Below, one piece after another: positions 13,604 through 41,632 of a stretch of DNA of 64,000 nucleotides. This DNA is from Narcine bancroftii (taxonomy: Eukaryota). A program made the translations under genes and the position numbers. The stretch is taken from contig NC_091480.1 of NCBI RefSeq assembly GCF_036971445.1, positions 77,252,001 through 77,316,000 on the forward strand. The letters are read 5' to 3'. Below the pieces are notes generated by a model. It worked only from the letters and a program-made list of their open reading frames with translations, was not told where the DNA came from and ran no database searches. Numbering within the stretch: position 1 is the stretch's first letter; each line of letters begins with the position of its first letter.

Positions 13604-16454
13604 GTCACGATTAAAAACACACACACTCTTATCTGCACACTTCCAGACACTCAATCACCCCAGCGAACCCCATTCTCACTTTACCCCCTTTCCCCACGCA
13701 GTCACAATTAGAGAGTCTCGCACAGGCACACTGACAGTCTGGTGGCTGGTAATCCTCTGAACATCATTTGCATCTTGACTGAGCCATGCCTCAGTATCCA
13801 AAAGTGGGTTGAAAAGGGGCTGGCTTTGGATTCCAGGTATCGCTGGTGGGGTTCTGTTCGGATTGGATGGACCGGGCCTGTGAGGAGGGGGGGGGGCAGG
13901 GTTTGGAAGTATAAGGACGGTCGCTATAGTAACCAGAAGTGGGCACTGTAGCCGCTATCCACGTCACTACACGCATAGGCTTATAGTCCTTTCCAAAGAT
14001 ATACATACAGACTTTTCTGGAGTTTATTTTATTTAACGTACGTAATTATTTTGCGTAGTAAAATTCATCCACGGCTGCAGGGCTTGTTGTTATATTATGA
14101 AGCCGATAACAACTTTCTCATGCACACGTCGCATAATAAATTGCATGTTACTTTTTCATTGGATTATTTCTCTGTTTTTGCACAGATCAATGCCTTTGCG
14201 TGAAAACGCGCGCGTGTGTCTGCATGTGTGTGTCTGTGTTTTAGTGTGCGGGGCATGCATTGGTATGAGTCTATGTGTGCATGCATGTGTGTGTTTGTGG
14301 GGCTGTGTGAGTGTGCGCTCGCTCGCGCGTGTGGTTGTGTGCATAAAAAGAGCAAGGGAATTACCAGCTTTTTGGGGGGGAAATATTCTGTGCCAGCAGT
14401 CTGCAGGAAAGAAGAGAGCAGTGAATCATTTGAACGGACGTGTGGCGGGGTTTAAGACTTTTCCGACAATACGGACGCGAGTGTAGCATTCACAGTTTAA
14501 CTAATGTTTACTCGGCGAGGTACAGAATATGCCGATACTTGGCGGCCCGGCCCGAGGTGTTGAATAACACAGCGAGGCAGAGCGGCGAATATATACCCTC
14601 GGCACAATTGCGGTGAACCCTTCCCTTGCCATCGAAACATAACGGTCACGTCGGCCGAGTGGCTGTAACAACATTGACAACACCCGCGGGCCCTGCTATT
14701 TCATCGCAGCTACGCCGTATTAGTTTGGTCGAGGTTTCTGATCCGAAACGTTAACTGACCATTTCTCTTTACCGATGCTCCCTGACCCGCCAAGGCAGCT
14801 TCTCTTTATCCGAACAAGATATTGGTAAGGTTCCATGGTGTGTCATGGGGAACCGTATAGCCGTTCAAAATATTAACGACTTTGCTACATTGAATAGGTT
14901 GGGATATGGAAACTGGGTCCGCATTGGCGTCCGTGTTTCATTATACATATTCCACACAATGTGGACGCGATTCATTTACAAGTAATGACCAAACCTGTTC
15001 CTACTGCTAGGCTGAAAACAAATCTATTTTATTTCATAAAGACCTGATCAACGCTTTCGGACCTTCTGAACATCTTTTCTCTACCAGAAGCTTTTTTTCC
15101 ACCCCCACGCATTTTCATACCCGTTTACAATGTACGCGATGAATGCATTCAATTTCAACGGTATACGCGAGCGGGAAATAGTAAACTGTTTTGCCCCATC
15201 AGTTCTTTACCTCGTTCAGAGGTTGGTCATTTACTATGCAAATGACTCTGCGATCGATAAGAAAAAGTGTATTTTCAACTATGGTGTCGCCTCCATAAGG
15301 GAACGATGCATGTAATTCAGTGGGGATTCAATATCAGCTTCTGTTGCAGTGAAGCCTTTCTAACGCCTTAGTGCAACGACGACTCTCCATGAGCCGATGT
15401 GAGTCTTACAGAAGCCCACTTATGCCTTTGGAACTCTTCTGCAACTTTCTGTTTGAACTTAAGCAGATGCAAGATTGGGGAGTGTGCTAGATGAGAGTTC
15501 TTGCCTTATTTTTTTTTCCGGCAGAGAATGCATCTCGCTACGGTAACCATTGGAAAAGGTTCCACCTGCAGCTGACGATGTTGAAGTGCTCCCGAATGAG
15601 GAAGAAAAGTTCAAAGTTTGTGGGATTATATGTGAACGATTAATCCGCCTGCCAAATATTGCAACGAACGACCACTTTAGTTGTCAGTTTTTGCGTTGAC
15701 AGTTAGAAAGGCCCTTTGGAAAATATGGCTACCTATTGAATGTCGACAGCTCTGGAGTGGTACAGTATGCAACTGTTTCCTTTCCAAGGGGTGATCAGAA
15801 GATCGATAATCGTGTGCACGGAGAGAGCAGTGAACCACCATGTTGGCAGCAAGCATAACGTTCCAAAGTGGTTAAGCCCTGCTATTGTGCGATGAGCTGT
15901 TTGAGAAAGCCTTCATGGCAAGAGTCCAGGCGTGGATAAACACACACACACCTTGTTACACGGAGTTGCTCGGTAGCCACACTTGAGGCAAAGCCAGTAT
16001 TTAATGGAAAGGGGAAACGTCAGGCCGAAGGAAAAGTATGGATGTTTATTGAAGGCTCACAAGTCAATTACCAAAAGCAACTGGACAGTGTAAAAATACA
16101 CACAAGCAGGAAACATAATTAATTTTTTCTTCCAAATACAGACCAAAGCTTTATTTACAAACCTCATAGCAAGTTTGTTAAATACTCATTGTTCAACATT
16201 TTCTATAAACATCATAAAATAAGGTCTTCAAAGCTTTCTCTCCTATCAGCAAATGAAGTGTCTGTAAAGTAGGAGGAAAGCGTTGTGTCAAAATACCTCA
16301 TCATTCATAAGATTTGGGACATAACCCTGCCCTAAAATATGGATCAGGTGGAAGTGTTTTTTTTCATTTTGAAAGAAACAATTCCCAGTCTTTTGTTAAG
16401 CTCAGGGACAATGAGAAGTGCCGTCTTAAAACGGGGTTTTAATAATTTCTAATA

Positions 16455-16865
16455 CTCAAACGTACTGGAGGTTAAAGGTACCCCACGTTTCCGGCCCGAG
16501 CCCTTCATGACTACACGTTGTCACTCTGGGTAGGTTGTTTACGGAGCTCCCCGCGGATAATACGTGCTACATCCACCTCTTGGAAACGATCCAAGAAAGT
16601 GTGGTGAAGATCACCTGGAACGTCACCTCAGCCGGTCTCGCAGCGTCCTTAGGAGGGAAAAATATATTATCAGCGTTTCGTCAAGAGCTCAGGCCCGAAA
16701 CGTCGGTTATATATCTTTCCCTCCTATGGATGCTGCGAAACCTGCTGAGTTCCTCCAGCATTTCTGTGCTTTTCCCACAATCACAGCGTCTGCAGACTTT
16801 CCTGTTTCACTCCTCAAAGGTTTTGCACTTTCTGCAGATGCTGTCGAACCTGCCAAGTGTTTACT
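16455..16865. mobile_element. Penelope-like terminal repeat fragments (both orientations)
   Basis: ggcccgaaacgtcgg...cctgctgagttcctccagcatt motif and its inverse. Confidence 0.6.
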
Positions 16866-17115
16866 CCATTTCCCTCTGATCTCGCCTTCGCCGAGGCCTG
16901 CCTCTGGTCTTGTTTTCCCACACAGTGCAAAACTCTTTATTTCGTGGGGTGGGAGGGGAAGAAATCTATTGCATTTAATTTCGTTCATTCATTTGAAGGC
17001 CGTCATAGGCTGCCTTTGTAAATCAACCCCCGTACTCTACTAACCACGCTAGGAATTTAGAAATTGTCTCTGTGCCCAAACTCCCAGTCAGTCAACGCGG
17101 GAGGTGACTGAATGA

Positions 17116-32003
<14,888 letters not shown>

Positions 32004-32273
32004 AAGCTGGAACAACTGAATTAATGCCAAGCAAGCAACAATGAAAAGGAAGTCGCCTGTATAATATACACTGCGCGCCAGGATCAAGCTGGCTACTATG
32101 TCCTTTATTAAATGTAATATATATATTCTGTTTAGCAATATGGTTATTGTCAGAAACATTTGTATTCCCCACACAGCTTTTTAAATGTAATTGGCCAAAA
32201 TGCATCTCCAGGTTATGGTCCCAGACGGCTTTGCATCTGGACACCCATGGCCTTGACTTGCAGATATCAATTA

Positions 32274-32590
32274 CAGTCGATTCCACTTAAGTGAGACAGC
32301 ATTGGCCGCACCACTGTTTAACCAACACATTCGCTGAAACATCAGGTGAAATGGATTTCTCCTTTAAACAAATACTGTACTGCCTTAAAATCAATCTAAT
32401 TAGTTCTGGTTGTTAAAAAGGGAGCAAATTCCTCACACTTGTGTTGCGACAAATGACATGGTTTGATTTTAAATCTCATGCACTTTGATGGTATTTGTAA
32501 AAAATTAAAATTGACCAGAACACCAGGTGAGTCAAATGTTGGAAGTCCCCCCTCTCTGTTTCTGTCTTTTCCTGTGTCTGTTTCCGTCTA

Positions 32591-32628
<38 letters not shown>

Positions 32629-32683
32629 TGTGTGTGTGTTTCTGTCTGTCTCTGTGTCTGTCTATGTCTCTGTGGCCCTCTTG

Positions 32684-32719
<36 letters not shown>

Positions 32720-33660
32720 CTGTCTGTCTGTCTGTGTGTCTGTTTCTGTCTATGCCTGTGACCAATAGTTTTGAGTATTTTTCCAGTCAGTTGGATATGC
32801 CAGTTCTCTTCAGTTTTGATTTTGATGTTTTCTGAGTGTGTGGGAGGGAAAGGGTGCCCTGTGCCAGAGTTGAACAGTTGAGCTATTTTTGAAGAACCCT
32901 ATCTTTCTGATTCCAGTGATATTGGCCTTCAGGTCCTGTGGGGAAAAAACACACACAAATGCTGGAGAAACTCAGCAGATTAAACCAGCTTGCGCCCTCT
33001 CCGAAACATTGGTGATGTATCTTTACCTTTGCTACATAACATCACTGTTTGACCTGCTGAGTTTCCCCAGCATTTGTGTGTTTTCTTTTCACTTCACCAC
33101 GGTGTCAACAGAATCCTGTGTTTTACCTCCGTCCTTCAGGTCCTGATCAGAGAAATTCTTTCAAAACACCTTGTCAACTCCTCTCAGTGGTCACATCCCC
33201 AGTTTTGTCCTGGTGGAATGAGGGGAAACGTCTTCTACTCTCTGAGGCAGTTTCTCCACTTCCTTTGCAGCCCCATTGATGATGGCATTTTTCGCCTTCC
33301 CTTCTTTCCCACGAGGCTCCTTCAATCTCATCAGCAAATCTGGTGACAAATTTACCACGAGGAGATTCAGTTGCGGGAAAAGTGCTAACATGACTCGCTT
33401 TACTCTGAATGAATTCTGAATAGCCAGATGAGAAACTATGGACAAAAACTTCTGCTGATAAGATGATGCAGGAGCTACCTTGTTGATAGAACTTTTGTTT
33501 GGTAATTCAATAGGCTTGATATTTTTCTACCATGAGCTTTTGCTGTTTAAAATGACAGCAATCAAATCTTTATTGCAAAAATAATCAGGCATAATTCGAA
33601 ACAAACTGCTGAACACAAGTGGAGCTTTTAAAGACAACCTCAATTAACTGGAGTCGACTG
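32274..33660 (-). mobile_element. Tigger/pogo-like DNA transposon derivative
   Basis: TIRs CAGTCGATTCCACTTAAGTGAG and CTCAATTAACTGGAGTCGACTG, TA on both sides; possible decayed transposase C-terminus at ~33130-33400. Confidence 0.75.
32555..32760. repeat. (TG)n/(TCTG)n compound microsatellite
   Basis: Direct inspection. Confidence 0.95.
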
Positions 33661-34430
33661 TACAATTTAGCATTTCAATGCTTACATTTTCTGAGTTTAA
33701 TGAGCGTATGTGTGTGAAAGAGGGGAAAAAAACCCAATTGTGAGTGAGTGAGTGAGTGAACGAATGAAGATGAAATTAAAATTCTTTCCCTTGATCGATT
33801 TGCTTAGAACAGAACAGCACAAACGAAATGAGTTCAGAATGGAATATTGTTTCATAAATTTTATTTTATGTTTTGATAAACCTATTAAATCATTCTAGAA
33901 TTGTATTTACTTTAATTATAAACATCTTCCCATGTTTCAGAATAACTGTAGAACGGGGAATATTGTGACGGCCACCCCTTTAAAATAATGACAGGAGACG
34001 AAGTTTAATAGAGGGATATTGAAGCTGGACTGTGCTGTTCAGACACTGGAAGGGCAAGGCGCGCTAAAAGCTTCAAATGCCTCAAGGGTCTGGTTGCAGT
34101 GTCATTTTTAGGTTTCAGGGCCTCTTGCTTTGCTCCAGGAAGTCCATTGGTTCCCGAGTTTGCAACAAACAGCGCGATTTAGGAAGTGGTCCCGCGGCTG
34201 GGCTCGAACATGAGCAGAAGGGTCTCGGTGCGTGATCGTTCTGCCACCGGTGTGTTCTGCGCATCGTACTCTCAGAACAACCCCGGAATTTGATTCAAGG
34301 GAGGTGTAGTCTTAAAAGACGCATTGTTTCATGTTCCACTGGCATTTCGCACCCACCCACCCACACCGAGTGCGCATCAATCGGTGAGACGGACCCGATT
34401 CTGAATACTGGGCCATTGGAGGAGTAGAGC

Positions 34431-35658
34431 TTGGCTGGAGACCCATCACCATGGCAGGTTGTATTGGCTAGAGATCCATCACCATGGCAGGTTGTATTGG
34501 CTGGAGACCCATCACCATGGCAGGTTGTATTGCTTGGCTGGAGACCCATCACCATGGTAGGTTGTATTGACTGGAGACCCATCACCATGGCAGGTTGTAT
34601 TGGCTGGAGACCCATCACCATGGCAGGTTGTATTGGCTGGAGATCCATCACCATGGCAGGTTGTATTGGCTGGAGATCCATCACCATGGCAGGTTGTATT
34701 GGCTGGAGATCCATCACCATGGCAGGTTGTATTGGCTGGAGACCTATCACCATGGCAGGTTGTATTTGCTGGAGACCCATCACCATGGCAGGTTGTATTG
34801 GCTGGAGACCCATCACCATGGCAGGTTGTATTGGCTGGAGACCCATCACCATGGCAGGTTGTATTGGCTGGAGACCCATCACCATGGCAGGTTGTATTGG
34901 CTGGAGATCCATCACCATGGCAGGTTGTATTGGCTGGAGATCCATCACCATGGCAGGTTGTATTGGCTGGAGATCCATCACCATGGCAGGTTGTATTGGC
35001 TGGAGATCCATCACCATGGCAGGTTGTATTGGCTGGAGACCCATCACCATGGCAGGTTGTATTGGCTGGAGATCCACCACCATGGCAGGTTGTATTGGCT
35101 GGAGACCCATCACCATGGCAGGTTGTATTGGCTGGAGACCCATCACCATGGCAGGTTGTATTGGCTGGAGATCCATCACCATGGCAGGTTGTATTGGCTG
35201 GAGATCCATCACCATGGCAGGTTGTATTGGCTGGAGATCCATCACCATGGCAGGTTGTATTGGCTGGAGATCCATCACCATGGCAGGTTGTATTGGCTGG
35301 AGATCCATCACCATGGCAGGTTGTATTGGCTGGAGATCCATCACCATGGCAGGTTGTATTGGCTGGAGATCCATCACCATGGCAGGTTGTATTGGCTGGA
35401 GATCCATCACCATGGCAGGTTGTATTGGTTGGAGATCCATCACCATGGCAGGTTGTATTGGCTGGAGATCCATCACCATGGCAGGTTGTATTGGCTGGAG
35501 ATCCATCACCATGGCAGGTTGTATTGGTTGGAGATCCATCACCATGGCAGGTTGTATTGGTTGGAGATCCATCACCATGGCAGGTTGTATTGGCTGGAGA
35601 TCCATCACCATGGCAGGTTGTATTGGTTGGAGATCCATCACCATGGCAGGTTGTATTG
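34431..35658. repeat. 33-bp minisatellite, ~37 copies
   Basis: Unit ctggagatccatcaccatggcaggttgtattgg, nearly homogeneous. Confidence 0.97.
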
Positions 35659-37532
35659 CTGCGGGGTTGAAACCCAGAATCTCAAGCGTCGGGGAGAAGC
35701 CGCGAATTTAAAAAAACCCCCAAATCCACAGCCCAACCTTCTTCGGTGAAAATGCAACAAGATCGGTAGAAAGATTCAGCCGTCGACCTCTGTGCCCAAC
35801 ACAGCCTTTCTGGAGAGTCGCCATGGTTACTGCAACAGACCCTGGCCGATTCAGGTTTCAAAAAAGAAATAACAGGCTGGATGCAAAAGAATTCACGGAA
35901 GCTTCTAATTCGAAATGTCTGCAGGGGAAATAATGCATCGTTCCACCCGAAGGTACAGATCATAGAAGCGAGACAGTCTGTTTAGGATGAAGTTAATATT
36001 TCATTGTGGGTTCAGAGCGGCGTTTTTATTAAATACACTTCAAATCGGGTTCTTCAAATAAAAGCAAGAACGACTCGTTTAATAGCCACAGACACGGTCG
36101 ACAGGAGTTGATGCACAACATGTCCCAGCTCGAAAGTTTCCATGAGATTACAATGCATTGGCGTTACCAACTCTTGACACGCCCGCAGTCTCATTTACCA
36201 GTCACCCACAGACTGGATTGAGATTGTACCCGTCCACGACAGAACAGGAGAGCATTGAATGACTGGAAACTCGAAGGTGAAATGCGATCCCCGGAGGAGG
36301 GAGGAGGGAAGAGGGGTAACGTTGCTTTGTTGCTTCTTATCACAGGTGGCTGGGAGGGGGCCAAACCACCTTGGAAGAGAAACTAAGCAGAACCATCGGT
36401 TGTGTGTCCTCTCCGAGTCTGCCTGGCGCTCCAGTTCCCTCACCCCCCCCCCCCCTCCACCCTTTCAAAACAGACGGGGTACTTGGGCATCAGGGGCTAG
36501 TGAGCCAGAAGGGCCTGATGTATGTCTGTATGTTTATCTCCTCTGTCACCCGTTTGTTACAGCTTCGTGAAACCGTTTTCTGCCGCCGAATCCTCGCTCA
36601 ATCTCCCTATCTTGATTGATTTATCTTTAGCTGAATTTGAGGGTCCCCCCCCCCCCCCCCCATGTTAAGGAATTTTGGGGAGAGCAGATTCAGATTGTGA
36701 ATATTTCGTTAAAGTTTGCGAATACTATAATAAACCGTGAATATCCGGCTGCTTTAAAAGTGGGCAACTCTCACGACGAGTGGGATTTGGTTATACAGTT
36801 CACGACAGTTCGGATTATTGAGCAGGGTTGTGGACTTTACTGGGGAAAAATCCTAAATTACGCAGCCAGTCACAGATAAATGAGGAGTGCGGCTAATCAG
36901 ACATTTCAACGTGTTCATTTTTTTCTAGTTGGATGGTCTAGCAAAAATCGTGCCGCTCTAAACCCAGTAGGAAGGCAGATCTTTCCCAGCAAGACTTGAC
37001 TTGCTCCACTCGTGTGCGGTTCTCCTATGGTGTCAAGCGTGGTTTTTTTTTGCCCCCGTTGCAGAGATGTTGCATTCGTTTATTTCATCAGTTGAACCAG
37101 AGGAGATCTATTTTGTTCACCACCTTCCTGATGTGCATTCCCGCAGGTCGTTCCCCTCCAGCCAACAATGTGTCTTGCTTACAAATTCACAAGACTGACT
37201 TTCCCTCAAATTCTCGCTTATCCCACCGTACATTTCCAATTCGCCGCGAGATAGAAACATCTTAAACTTGGCTGAAAACTTTTACCAATCTAACGGGTGG
37301 AGCCGTTATTTCATTGGAAGGAACAGGGATGTAAATTATAGTCAGAAATTCGAATTAAACGCAGTGTAAATCTTTGAATCATCGTGTACATCTAATAAAT
37401 CTATGTATTTATTTTCTAGATAAATTAGGTAGCCTGCATATATATTGTTTGTCAGTATGTGTGTTATGTCAGATTGTGTGTCTGCATGTTTTGCACCGAG
37501 GACCGCTGTTTGGTCGGGTTGTACTTGTGCAA

Positions 37533-37772
37533 CGTGAGGTAGTAACAACGTTGAACATTGGACTTCATGAACAGTGGGGAAAAAAGTTTTTCTGGGATGG
37601 CAATAAACGTGACTTGACTCGTGAGGTAGTAACAACGTTGAACATTGGACTTCATGAACAGTGGGGAAAAAAGATTTTCTGGGATGGCAATAAACGTGAC
37701 TTGACTCGTGAGGTAGAAACAACGTTGAACATTGGACTTCATGAACAGTGGGGAAAAAAGTTTTTCTGGAAT
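37533..37772. repeat. 87-bp tandem repeat (~2.7 copies) including a retroposon-like tail
   Basis: cgtgaggtagtaacaacgttgaacattggacttcatgaacag...gcaataaacgtgacttgact starts at 37533, 37620 and 37707. Confidence 0.9.
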
Positions 37773-37875
37773 GGGAAAAAACTATTCCTTTGCAGGTTGT
37801 ATTTAACAGGTGTTACATGAAGTTACAGAATGTCATTATTCTCAAAATAAATGGAAAGATGTTGATTGCTCATTC

Positions 37876-38473
37876 CACTGACCAACAAAATTTTCAAATG
37901 GTTTGCTTCCTGAAACAAAATTGGGGTGTATGATAGACAGCTTCAACCTGAACACAAAGATAATTTGTGATTTGATGTATAGCTTAGGAAGTGGGAGAAA
38001 CATTAACTTAACATTTGTTGAATTTAGCATGTTTAATTGCCTAATGATGCCAACCCATTGTGTTTGTTCAACTGCTCGAAATATGTTTTGCCGCTGATTT
38101 TCATTTGTACTCAGTATCTGATGCCTCTCCTGTCAGTGTCCAACAATAGTCGGCCAGCATCGATGGATTCCAGTTGCCCTGATACCATGTTTCCATGGTC
38201 GTAAGGTCCTGACTTTCACCATGTTTGTCACTGACTGCACCAAGATCAGCAGGGAAAGAGTCCAAGTGTGAAGGCAGAAAAGGAATTTTCAATTACATAT
38301 TCATGGTTTTGTATGCTTGAAGCATGTTAAAAAAATATGACAGGAAATCACAAAAATAGGTAAAAACTACAAAACTTTACATGATAGGAAAGTTTTAAGG
38401 TGATTTTCATGATTTGCAGCCCAAAATCCATAAAATACACCCAAAAGTGTTCAGGAACCAAAAGTGTCCAGTG
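37876..38473 (-). mobile_element. Chapaev3-like (CMC) non-autonomous DNA transposon
   Basis: Termini CACTG...CAGTG|TAA; remnant FLPSHLDSFPADLGAVSDKHGE...YQGNWNPSMLADYCWTL. Confidence 0.7.
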
Positions 38474-38904
38474 TAATTTGTATGAAATGCTATCAGATTA
38501 AATATGAGACAATAAAGTGGAATAGTTACTTACACCAATGGATATACATCAACTAGGCAGGAATGAGAAGGCCAGAGAGACTTCCTTTCAATAAACGGAA
38601 GGTGAAATCTTCGTTAGAAAGTCACAAAGAATTTTAAGATGATTGGAGCTTTGAATGTTCTTGTCAGAACATGAACACTCCAGAAACCAACAGGAATCAG
38701 AAGAAGCAAGTAATTTGACTCGAGCTGCATGTGGTGGCCAGTATCCTCTTGGAACATTCTGGAATCTGCTTCCCAAATGCATTTCAGGTGACCTCGCATT
38801 TAAACAATCCTGTAAGCATGTATCCTGCTAACTTCTGAAAGCGGCAACTGGTTCATAAGAAAAATGGAAATAAATAAGATCCTAATCCTACTTTTGTTCC
38901 CTGG

Positions 38905-39290
38905 GCATAGGAGGCTGAGGGTTATATAAAATCAGGAACAGCACAGACAGCTCACAGACTTTACCCCAGGGGTGGGACTCTAAAACTAGAGGGCATACAT
39001 TAAAGGTGAGATGAGAAAGATTTAAAGTGATCCGAGGAATTATTTATTTCCACCCAGAGGCTGGTGGGTGTGTGGAATGAGCTAGTGGATGAGGAGACAA
39101 CTATGTTACATTTACAAGTTATTTGGATGGGTACATGGAGAGGAAAGAGTTTGTGGCAAATGGGCCAAGATCCTCGGTCCTCGGTGCAAAACATGCAGAC
39201 ACACAATCTGACATAACACACATACTGACAAGGGACTGGCTCGGGTGGGCCATTGTGGGCGTGGAGGGGTTGGGCCACAGAACCTGTTCC
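38905..39290 (+). mobile_element. CR1 LINE 3' end (degenerate)
   Basis: aaaactagagggcat...ttttccacccagagg...gtggaatgagct...tttggatgggtacatgg. Confidence 0.8.
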
Positions 39291-39439
39291 CAAGTCTCTG
39301 TCTCCACCTCACTTAACACTGGGTAATTGGGAAGGAATGAATTTGACACTGACTTCACCAGGTCATCGGTACAGCTTCGAAGACAAACCAATATGATCAA
39401 CCCATCTGCCCAATACTCTTCTAATCATATCTTCTAAAA

Positions 39440-40075
39440 ATATTTTTATTGATGCTTATATTATGCAAAACTGAAGAGTGCAGCTATATATTGTAATGTA
39501 CAATTCAAAAGATAATTTTAAAAAAAGCTTATAATTCAGAACACCTACCACCAAGCAAGGTTAAAAGCTAACATGTAGGAATCAAGTGACAACAACCTGG
39601 AGATGGAAAGCACAGTACCAAAGCTTCAGGACAAACCAAATTCTTTAGGTTATGGTAATAGTCCATAAAAGGCCCCCACGTCTTTTGAAAGTTATTATTT
39701 GACTCTTTAACGGCATATCTAATTTTTTCTGAACTTAACAAAGACATGATATCATTTAACCATTGTGTATGGTAGGTGGAGTATTATCTTTCCATTTAAT
39801 CAAAATTTCATGTCTAGCCATCAATGAAGAAAAAGATAAAATTCAGTTTGGAGTTGGAGTCAATAAAACGTCATCACCTTGAAATGATCCATATTGACCA
39901 AATAAAGGGCAAAGTTCTAAAGAATCACCGATAATGTTTAAAAGATGTCTTCCAAAATTTTTCTAAACTAGAGCATGTGAACCAAAGAAGCATCGCAAAT
40001 TTTACATTTGTCACATAGAGGATTTGGATCTGAATAAAAAGTGAGACAATTTAACTTTAGACATATGCTAATCAC
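39440..40075 (-). mobile_element. Old L1 ORF2 3' fragment
   Basis: Degenerate C-terminal motifs (LCDKCK, HALV, WLNDIMSLL, TWGPF) and an A-rich tail. Confidence 0.7.
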
Positions 40076-41359
40076 GGCTAACCCAATAGTAAAATCATTC
40101 CTGGATTCCATTCTGTCACAGACATCATTTCCTTTCTATTTCCAACCTCTGCATTGAATGAAAATGATTAAATATTTTATTCTTCCTGATGAAAAATAAC
40201 TTTTAACCTTTTCTCTACCTCCACCTGTCAGGCTGAACTCCCTGGTTTTCATCCGTTTCCAGCCTTTGGGCTATTTTGTTTTGGTTTCTTTAAATATTTT
40301 TAAAATTAAAATTTAGATGTAAAGCACAGTAACAGGCCCTTCCAACTCACAAGCCCAAACCACCCATATGCGTCAATCGACTTGCAAACCCTGTATGTTT
40401 AATTGAAAATTCATTAAGGAACCTGCTTTAGAAACTTCTCACAGCGCTTCAGCTGGTGACTCTCTCAGGAAGCAGGTGGGAGAACCTTGGGGCTGACAGG
40501 GCTAACTGAATTCTTCATTAAGCCAAAATATGACGATTACGACTGCTGTGGCCTTTTGGGAACAACAAGATGAAGGTAATTCATGTAATGACAGAATTAT
40601 TTTTTTTATTGAATACAAGGCCAGCTATTGGCCTGATGACCAGGACTGCCTTTATCTAAGATCAAGTTGCACACCTGAATTAATGGAAAAGATTACCATG
40701 ACCCAGTTGAAAGGCTTACTTCTGTTTCAAATCTATCTATTTTCCTGCATCATTTATTAAATCAGTTAAACAAGGTTTTGATGAAATGCCTGGAATGTAG
40801 TAATCCCTCTGGAATACTGACCTCAAGGATGGATGGTTCAGATGTACAGTTCTCCCAATTATTACATTGTAATTATTTATATTAGTTTGTCGTGAATTCC
40901 AGTGTTACAGCAGACATCCAAGCTCTTGGGATCCACGCTCTGGGGTTCTTCATAGCTAATGTGTCGGTGTGAAAATGAGACCCATTCTCACAGATATTTG
41001 TCTCAATAATGCCTATTTGTACAAAAAATATAAAAACATATACATCCTTATTTTTATTTGATGAAAGTTTGAAATATTTTAATGGGGGAGAATTTTAAAT
41101 TTAGCATATGCCAATGAGTTTATTTCCAAAAAAACACATTTTAAAATATTTGCCTGTCACCTCTTTTGTGATAATAAGACCTCAATAGTGGAACAGGTGG
41201 ATGAAGTTACTCCAAACCCAATGGCTGTGAAGGCGGACGAAGGTTGCAACAAATCCATCAGCTCCAATTGTTGTGGTTTTCATGGCATTGGAACTAGTTG
41301 ATTGATTTGGGAAGTGTTGTGTGCCTCTAGGAGTGCAACATAAAGTACACGTTAAACAA

Positions 41360-41490
41360 ATACACGCACAGGCATCTTTGCTCGGTGGGCCACTTTCCAA
41401 GATTGGATTCATAAGCCACTTGAGAACCCATGGGAATGAAGGCCATCATCTTCGACCTTGAGGGATAGCCATGACGACGATAATGATGGT
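41360..41490 (+). mobile_element. RTE LINE extreme 3' end
   Basis: SKIGFISHLRTH followed by catcttcgaccttgagggatagccatgacgacga. Confidence 0.6.
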
Positions 41491-41567
41491 TGATTATTAA
41501 GTTATGTTTTGTAGCCCGCAATTTATAAAAGAGCATGGGAAAATCTACTGCAAATATTGATCTAGAG

Positions 41568-41632
41568 CAGTGGTTTTCAAACTTTTTCTTTCCATTCACA
41601 TACTACCTTAAGTAACCCCTCACTAATCACAA
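41568..41632 (+). mobile_element. Partial hAT MITE, same family as 26611-26962
   Basis: tctagag|cagtggttttcaaactttttctttccattcaca...cttaag. Confidence 0.7.

Noticed and set aside
12763-13604. ORFs of 263, 148 and 121 aa
   Set aside because: Translations of the 33-bp minisatellite
15525-15542. Possible 5' UTR micro-exon after a strong polypyrimidine tract
   Set aside because: The donor (gtaacc) is weak and cannot be supported without transcript data
34431-35658. CRISPR-like appearance of a regular 33-bp repeat
   Set aside because: Units are head-to-tail with no unique spacers, there are no cas genes, and the context is vertebrate
34295-35749. Four long ORFs (367-449 aa) with 11-aa repeats
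   Set aside because: By-product of a stop-free 33-bp minisatellite; no domain or splice context
40440-40760. Possible exons of a downstream gene such as a SPAG6 paralogue
   Set aside because: Translations do not match armadillo-repeat sequence, and splice signals are not consistent
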